The notes beneath the pieces were generated by a model that was given only the letters and a program-made list of their open reading frames with translations, was not told where the DNA came from and searched no databases. This document shows positions 43,942 through 64,000 of a DNA stretch of 64,000 bases, in pieces. A program made the translations under genes and the position numbers. This stretch comes from Chrysomallon squamiferum. Its lineage: Eukaryota; Animalia; Mollusca. Position 1 is the stretch's first letter. Each line of letters starts with the position of its first letter. The stretch spans positions 8,060,001 through 8,124,000 of the forward strand of contig CM022673.1 of NCBI GenBank assembly GCA_012295275.1, in the 5' to 3' direction.

Positions 43942-46217
43942 GTACAAAATAAAAAAAAATATATAAAGTCAGAAAATAATTTAAATAAAAATATGTGTCA
44001 TACAGTATTAAAATTTTGTCAGAGATGTAAAAATCTTTGATAAATTTTCTGGCATATTTCCCGTAAAAGGAAGTGCTTCAAGATTATCTTGTCAAAGTCA
44101 TGGCTATGTGCTGTTGTAAACCATACGAAGGTTGTATATTGAAGAAATTTTGCTCTTTTCAATTATTCGACACAAACAATCTTGACTAATTTTTTATTTT
44201 TGTTTTTAAACATTATATTTTTCAGTTCCATGTCTTTTCTATTATTTATTTGTTTATTTTTTAATGCTGGTATTTAAAAAGTATAGATTCAGTTTGGAAT
44301 TAAAGCTAGCTCTTAAAAACTAAACCAAATCAATAATAACGCTGATGTCTGTTTTGTTTCTGTTTCTGTAGAGTTCCTTTTTATTTCTGACAGTTTAAGG
44401 AACATACAAAGCCGTTTTAAGACAGGAATCACACTAATTTAATATCGATTCTGTTGTTTGCAGCGATTAACATATTTTTTCAAATTTGCATAGAGATAAA
44501 CAGGAAATAATTATGGAGAATGAAATAGGCACCGTCAAAAAAAATAAACATAATTTATTTGCTGATAACAAATTGATTTTCATCTGCACACAGTAACCTC
44601 TTAGTATGACCCTGCTGTATTCTAGAATTCCTTTTTTAAATATTATGTTAGCCAAATATAAGACACACACATGAAGCATGAAGATACAACTGCAGAAAAA
44701 AAAAATCCGCGTAACTTGATTCTATTCAATTCCGTTATATATTCAGTTTCGTATATACTACATATTAATACACGAGAAATTTCGATGATGGCGTTTTTCA
44801 ACTTCTTTTCCTTATATTTACAATTGTTGTCTAGCATACGTGTTTTGGGGGGTTGTTGGCAGTCTTAGAATCTTTAATAAAAAATATAGAGTATAAATAT
44901 TTAAAATATATGTTGATATTGTAAAATCGTTTTTTTTTTTAATATCGTTAATATGTCAGGTTATCTTGAACATACTGATACTCACACACGCACAAAAAAG
45001 GAATGTGTTGTAAATCTTACCATTGGTGGACGTACAGTTTCTTTATTTTATTTATTTATTTAGTTGTTTGTTTTTTAAAACTTGTTCAATGACGTTTGAG
45101 AGTCTACAAAATTGAACGATGTCGTATCAGATACTTTCCTTTAAGTTACTGTCCATTTGGGCGCTTCATGTTGTGACGTTAAAGGGCTTCAAATTTATTT
45201 TTGTTTTCTACATGTACGTTATAGATACATGCGCACTGTAATATAAATCACAGCAAACAAAAATGATCTCGTTCAAAATTTTTATTAGGATGCTTGATCC
45301 CAACCCCAAAACGTACACATAAATAGTAATTTTGTAAGCTGAAGCTCTCAGATATGTCAAGAACAGTTAGAGTTTGTCTAGTTAACAATCCATAACATTA
45401 TAACTGAATAATCAGAATCAGTTTTCTAAATTAATTTATTGGATATAATTTCTCCAAATATTTAAAATATTGGCACCGCTCAAATTGATAATCGCTATAT
45501 ATAAATTGCTCTATGAGAAGTAGCTCAATGTATAGCCGCTCAATTATTCGAATTTTAAGGACATTGGTATTATCTTTAACCTAATAATCACATTGTCATA
45601 ATTCATATATCCTTTATATAATACCTGTTTTTATTTTTTTTTTTTTTTTTTTTTAATTATTTGTTTGCTTTATTTCTTTTCATTTATTTTTTATTTTTTA
45701 TTTTTTATTTTTTTTTTAAGTTTTTGTTTTTTTGTTTTATGTTTTTTTTTAATATCTTTGAAATCAGTTTATTGCTAAACTCGACAACAAAGTACAACTG
45801 GAAACATTTTGCAAAGATTTCACGTCCTAAGACACAAAAACACAGATCGATTTTGTATTAACGTCAAAGCACTGCTCGTTTAGAACTTTGCGTTCTTTTC
45901 AAGTGTGAACAGAGACCTACGTGATTTGAACGCTAATTGAAAACAAGCAGAAACACAAAGACCTATCTTCACGTGATCATTGTTTTCAACTAATGACGTG
46001 TAAGCGTAAAATGCTATTGCTTTAGAAACGACTAGTAGTCACACAGAAGTTTGGTATTTCTGGAAATTCGGGGATAGACGTTTTGTACATATCTGGCAAT
46101 GTAGTATTTTTTAACATTTAAATATTTAAATTGTTGCTGTATGTTATGATTTAAAAATTAACAGTCGAACATTTTGAATATTTATTCCACTGTAATTTAA
46201 AGAAGAAGTAGAAGAAG

Positions 46218-46258
<41 letters not shown>

Positions 46259-46440
46259 AAGAAGAAGCACAAAATATTATTGTTTCATAACCAGGATAAT
46301 AACTGAATCATTTTAACTATAATTGTTTAAAACGTGGTATACAAACCGTTATAACGACTGAAAATATTGTAACGTAATACTGATATAGAAAGAGAAAGAA
46401 TTTTCATAAAGGAAATTTTCAAAGTAATTTACAAGAAAAA

Positions 46441-51944
<5,504 letters not shown>

Positions 51945-52762
51945 GAGAGAGAAAGAAAAAAAAAAAGGAAAAAAGAACTAAAAAAGTTTTCATTATCTAT
52001 GATTTCTGAAAACATTTACATTTGTGATTAATCGTAAAAATAATTTGTAAAATTAAAAATCATTTAAGTGGTTATTTTTGAAAAGCGTTCTTATTTTACA
52101 GAGACTGTATTTTAACGATTTACTTGAACATGGATTCTTTTATTTCATTTTATTATTTAATTAATTAATTAATTTATTAATTTATTTATTTATTATTACT
52201 ATTATTACTATTATTATTACTATTATTACTATTATTATTATTTTGTATTTGATTAAATAACGACAGTACTAACTAGTTAGGATAATTGGTTATTATTATT
52301 ATACTTACAGCAAATGCCGTAGAAAAAGTGAGAATAACGACAATATACATGTTATTCCCTAAATGTCTTGCTTTAGTAAATATTTTCTTATACAGGTAAA
52401 ACAACAACAATAGCAACAACAACAACAACAACAAACAAACAAACAAACAACAACAAAAACTAACAAACCCAATCTCTTACGTAATTCTTAGTAGTCCATA
52501 AAAAATAAAAAATAAATAAAAATTCATTTGTTTTCTTAATTGTCTTAATTTTTTTAAATAATAAATAAAAGGACTAAATATTTGAAAATAGTTGTTCGTG
52601 AATAAATACATAAGACAAACTTCATTAATTTTAGAACAAATGAAGTGTTTACACTGATGAAGATTATAACTACTGCGTTCCCTGAAAACCAAACAGTGCA
52701 GATTTTGGTTAATACTCAGCATTTTAATTAAATATTCTAGTTGAAAAACGCACGCACGCACA

Positions 52763-52818
<56 letters not shown>

Positions 52819-53295
52819 ATAATATATCACTAGACGTCTATAGCTTAAAATGACAACAGATCGTATACAAGAAAAACAGCCAATAACCTAAGACATAGTT
52901 ATTAACACAGGCAGAAACTAAGCTATATTTTTATTTTTTTATTTTTCTTAAACAACAACAACAACAACACCACAAAAATAACAACAACAACAACAACAAA
53001 AGAAAGGAAAGATATATAATTCAATGGAAACTTCGAATAAAGAACGCCATATTGTTGTTAATTAAAGCCCATTCTGCCATGGTCCTGATTATTGAATTTG
53101 ATTGAATAATCTTCTTCTTCGTCTTCTTCTTCTTATTATTATTATTTTAGGAACATCCCAGTTAATTTATAAATGTGTTGTAGCATTCTGATGATAGGAG
53201 AAAGGAAACCCGCTATTATCTAGATAGCGCGATAAACACATACAACGGTTTCTGGTAAACAATAGTTAATCCATATTTTTATTTATTTATTTATT

Positions 53296-53346
<51 letters not shown>

Positions 53347-53692
53347 TTTTTTTTTTTTTTTTGTCATTTAGAGCAACAATATACTATAAGTTTCTGCTCT
53401 CATGTATTTAACAATTACAATGAACTATTGATACTTTATTTACTGATTGATTGATTAACTAAATTAACATTGTAATTTTTTTTTTTTTTAATTTAATTTT
53501 TTTTTTTTTTTAATATATGATGCTTGTTAGACCCAATTCGCCTATCCAGACAATAGATGGCAGCAATACTTTTTGAGTCTGTTTACATTTTTAACGTCAG
53601 CACCTTCAACTCACGTTATATAACTTAATATTAGCGTTTCTTAAAAAAAAAAAAATTAAAGTTATATATTTTTTTTCTGCATGTAATTCAGA

Positions 53693-53730
<38 letters not shown>

Positions 53731-54329
53731 CATGCTATACTCGACCCTATATGTAATGGATTCAGAGGAAAATGTTGTCTGTATTTTTCGAAGGGTTTAG
53801 AAATATTAATACAAAACAACGTACAATAATGTACAGAAATAGTGACACAGAACTTTATAACTTTACAGACTTTTTTTTTTTATTTCAAAAGTGTCCGCGT
53901 CTAAATCACTTGAATAATTGTAGATTAATATTAGATTTGTATACAGATATACATAAGAACAATTTCCAGTCTAGTACGACTGCCTCGATATATGTCTGAT
54001 AGTCACTGACAAGTAACCATTGCTTTTACATCGGCGTTAATGTCAATGAAGTAATAACACGTTTTATCACAATCAGTTTTTGTTTATAATATCTGGAAGC
54101 CATCAACGTCGCTAGTCCTCCGCCCCAATGTTAAAATCATTGCGATGTGTCTGATACAGGCATTAGTGATATAAATTATTGGCGATCAGATAATGTGTTC
54201 TGGCTTGTTGTTTTTTTGTTGTTTTTTTTTTTATATCTCTACATAAAATATTAGTTATTGTATTTATACCAAATAACAACCGATCCAAAGAAAAATCTTT
54301 CTCTGTATTTTAAAAATGTATCTAATTAT

Positions 54330-54484
54330 TCAAAGGGAGGGGGGAGGCACCGCACTGAAATGGATGGCACCCTGGCACCCGGTCTTTATGTTTTCTTATA
54401 CCCATCATACAGATGGTTTATTATTTTTAATAAGCCAGTCTGGGGTGCACTCTGGCAAATGCCCACCTTGTAAATCCGGCCCTA
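54330..54484 (-). mobile_element. GC-rich DNA-transposon terminal fragment (hAT-like)
   Basis: GC-rich island ending TAAATCCGGCCCTA; the reverse complement TAGGGCCGGATTTA resembles CAGGGCCGGATTT-type termini, with internal GGCACC repeats. Only one end is seen. Confidence 0.35.
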
Positions 54485-54845
54485 CACTGAATATCATGCA
54501 ATAAAACAAATACTGTACTGTTAACTAAGTTCGTTATTGTTCACTGGCCGAGTCGGTTAAGGAAGTATTTGGAAAGAGTAATTTAATTGCTAATATAAAT
54601 AGAACAGCTATGAATCTGTAAAAGTCAGGCACAGAGAATTAAAACATTTATGTAATTTCCAGGAAAATGAAAAAGTGTTATGTATTTTAGCATTATCGAC
54701 CAAATTCGTCGAATTAAGTATGTTTAGGTTCGAAGATTATTAAAATGTTTTCTGATGTTGGTATTTTCAGTATTGTTTTATTTTATAGGTGATGGTTACC
54801 TATCAGATAAAGAATTTACTGACTATTCCCTTAATGTAAGAGAAT

Positions 54846-54933
<88 letters not shown>

Positions 54934-56133
54934 ATTTTGTTAATACATACGAATATCCATACAGAATTACATTTAGAAAAAAGTAATTATCACATATAAT
55001 TAATTAAAAATATTATCATTCTCAAAATAATTTCCTAGATACTGCATGTATCTTTCAGTTACCTCTATCTCTCATGCAGAAACAGATAGACATTGTCGTT
55101 TTGCTACCCAGTGTAAATAATTATTTTATTTATTTTTGCGCAAGAAAATAATTTAATAAACTAAACAACTTTCGTTTTCAACTATATGAGAAGAAACTGC
55201 ATCCAGCTTTTCAAAATTAATTATTCGCTAAAGAAGACTTAAGTAAATGCTATTTTTAAAAAAATAAAATAAAAAATATAATAATAAAACAAAATTTAAA
55301 AGTATAATAAATTAATGAAGAAAAAGTTGCATTTTTTATAAATTTTTATTTCTGTATTTTACAGCAATCAGTTTGTTCTGCTTGCAATCACGTGACCAAT
55401 GCAGAAAAATGGAGGCATCCAGATATTTTGTAATATTACTCTTTTTTTTTGTTATACTTCATTTTTAATTACGACTGAAAGGCCAACGTAAAAAAGTTCT
55501 TTGTTTTCTTTAAAAATAATTTACCCGTACAGTGTATATTTTTCTGACCAGGTATCGCAGACACCAAATATAACATTAATACAGAGTTGTTTCCCTTAGA
55601 CCATTTAGTTTGTATTCCCCACCCCATATCTAAATTCCTCCTCTTCCAGTGAAGTTGGAACCAACAGTTATCGTGTTCAGATTATCATAATCTGTAACAG
55701 CTTTCAATACAGTTTAGGATATTTCATTTTGTAATTTTTAAAACACAAAAACGTCATCTACTTGTGCCCATTAGTTTCAAGACGAGATACATACAGTATC
55801 TTCTCACATCAACTGAAACACTACATGTAATTTACAAATCTGATATTTAAAATCATCCAAAATATTGATTTAAAAAAAATATATTAAAAAAAATGTTTTC
55901 ATATTTCATAATGATTTATTATTTAAGGAGGTTGGGTGCACATGTGTTAAATGGTTAATTTACCAGTTTTGAAAAAGACAACAAATTCTGTTTCACTCCA
56001 AACGTTTACTGTTTGTACACAGATTATAAATAAGTAGCTTGTGCAGAGTGTTATTCAGGTGGTTTTATCAGTCTTGTATGTCAAGTCTCTGATCGTATAA
56101 TAGCATAACATATTTATTAGTCGACTTGCCACA

Positions 56134-63834
<7,701 letters not shown>

Positions 63835-64000
63835 CTAGAAAAAAAAAAAAAAAAAAAATTATAACTTTTTGTTATAGGTACAAAATGTTTCCATATGGTT
63901 AAAAAAATATTAAAAATAATCACACACATTTTATTGCTTTGCAAATAACTGGAATATAATACTTTTAAAAAAATAATAATTTTCCATTAATTTAGTTTCT

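Overview
This is AT-rich, microsatellite-dense animal genomic DNA, probably from an invertebrate (mollusc/lophotrochozoan-like; inferred only). Most ORFs in the supplied track are simple-repeat artefacts, and the real genes are spliced. Four genes were assembled by hand from splice sites and reading-frame phases. (1) The 3' part of a small single-EF-hand protein gene on + (exons 11025-11162 and 11545-11621; possible upstream exon ending at 41). (2) A complete PACSIN/syndapin CDS on - (9 exons, 31687->20973, 448 aa) with a GC-AG first coding intron and a candidate cassette exon carrying an extra acidic NPF motif. (3) An orphan-looking single-pass membrane protein on + (46441-51944, ~233 aa) with a signal peptide, a C-C-CC-CC ectodomain (Shisa-like/WBP1-VOPP1-type pattern) and overlapping GC/GT donors that could switch its cytoplasmic tail. 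(4) Glycyl-tRNA synthetase on - (14 exons, 63834->56134; 5' end outside the window) containing a textbook U12-type AT-AC intron. Also present are TA-flanked MITEs, a 31-bp minisatellite, local duplications and an apparent CpG-depletion mosaic that follows the housekeeping gene bodies. No CRISPR array, rRNA or tRNA is supported.
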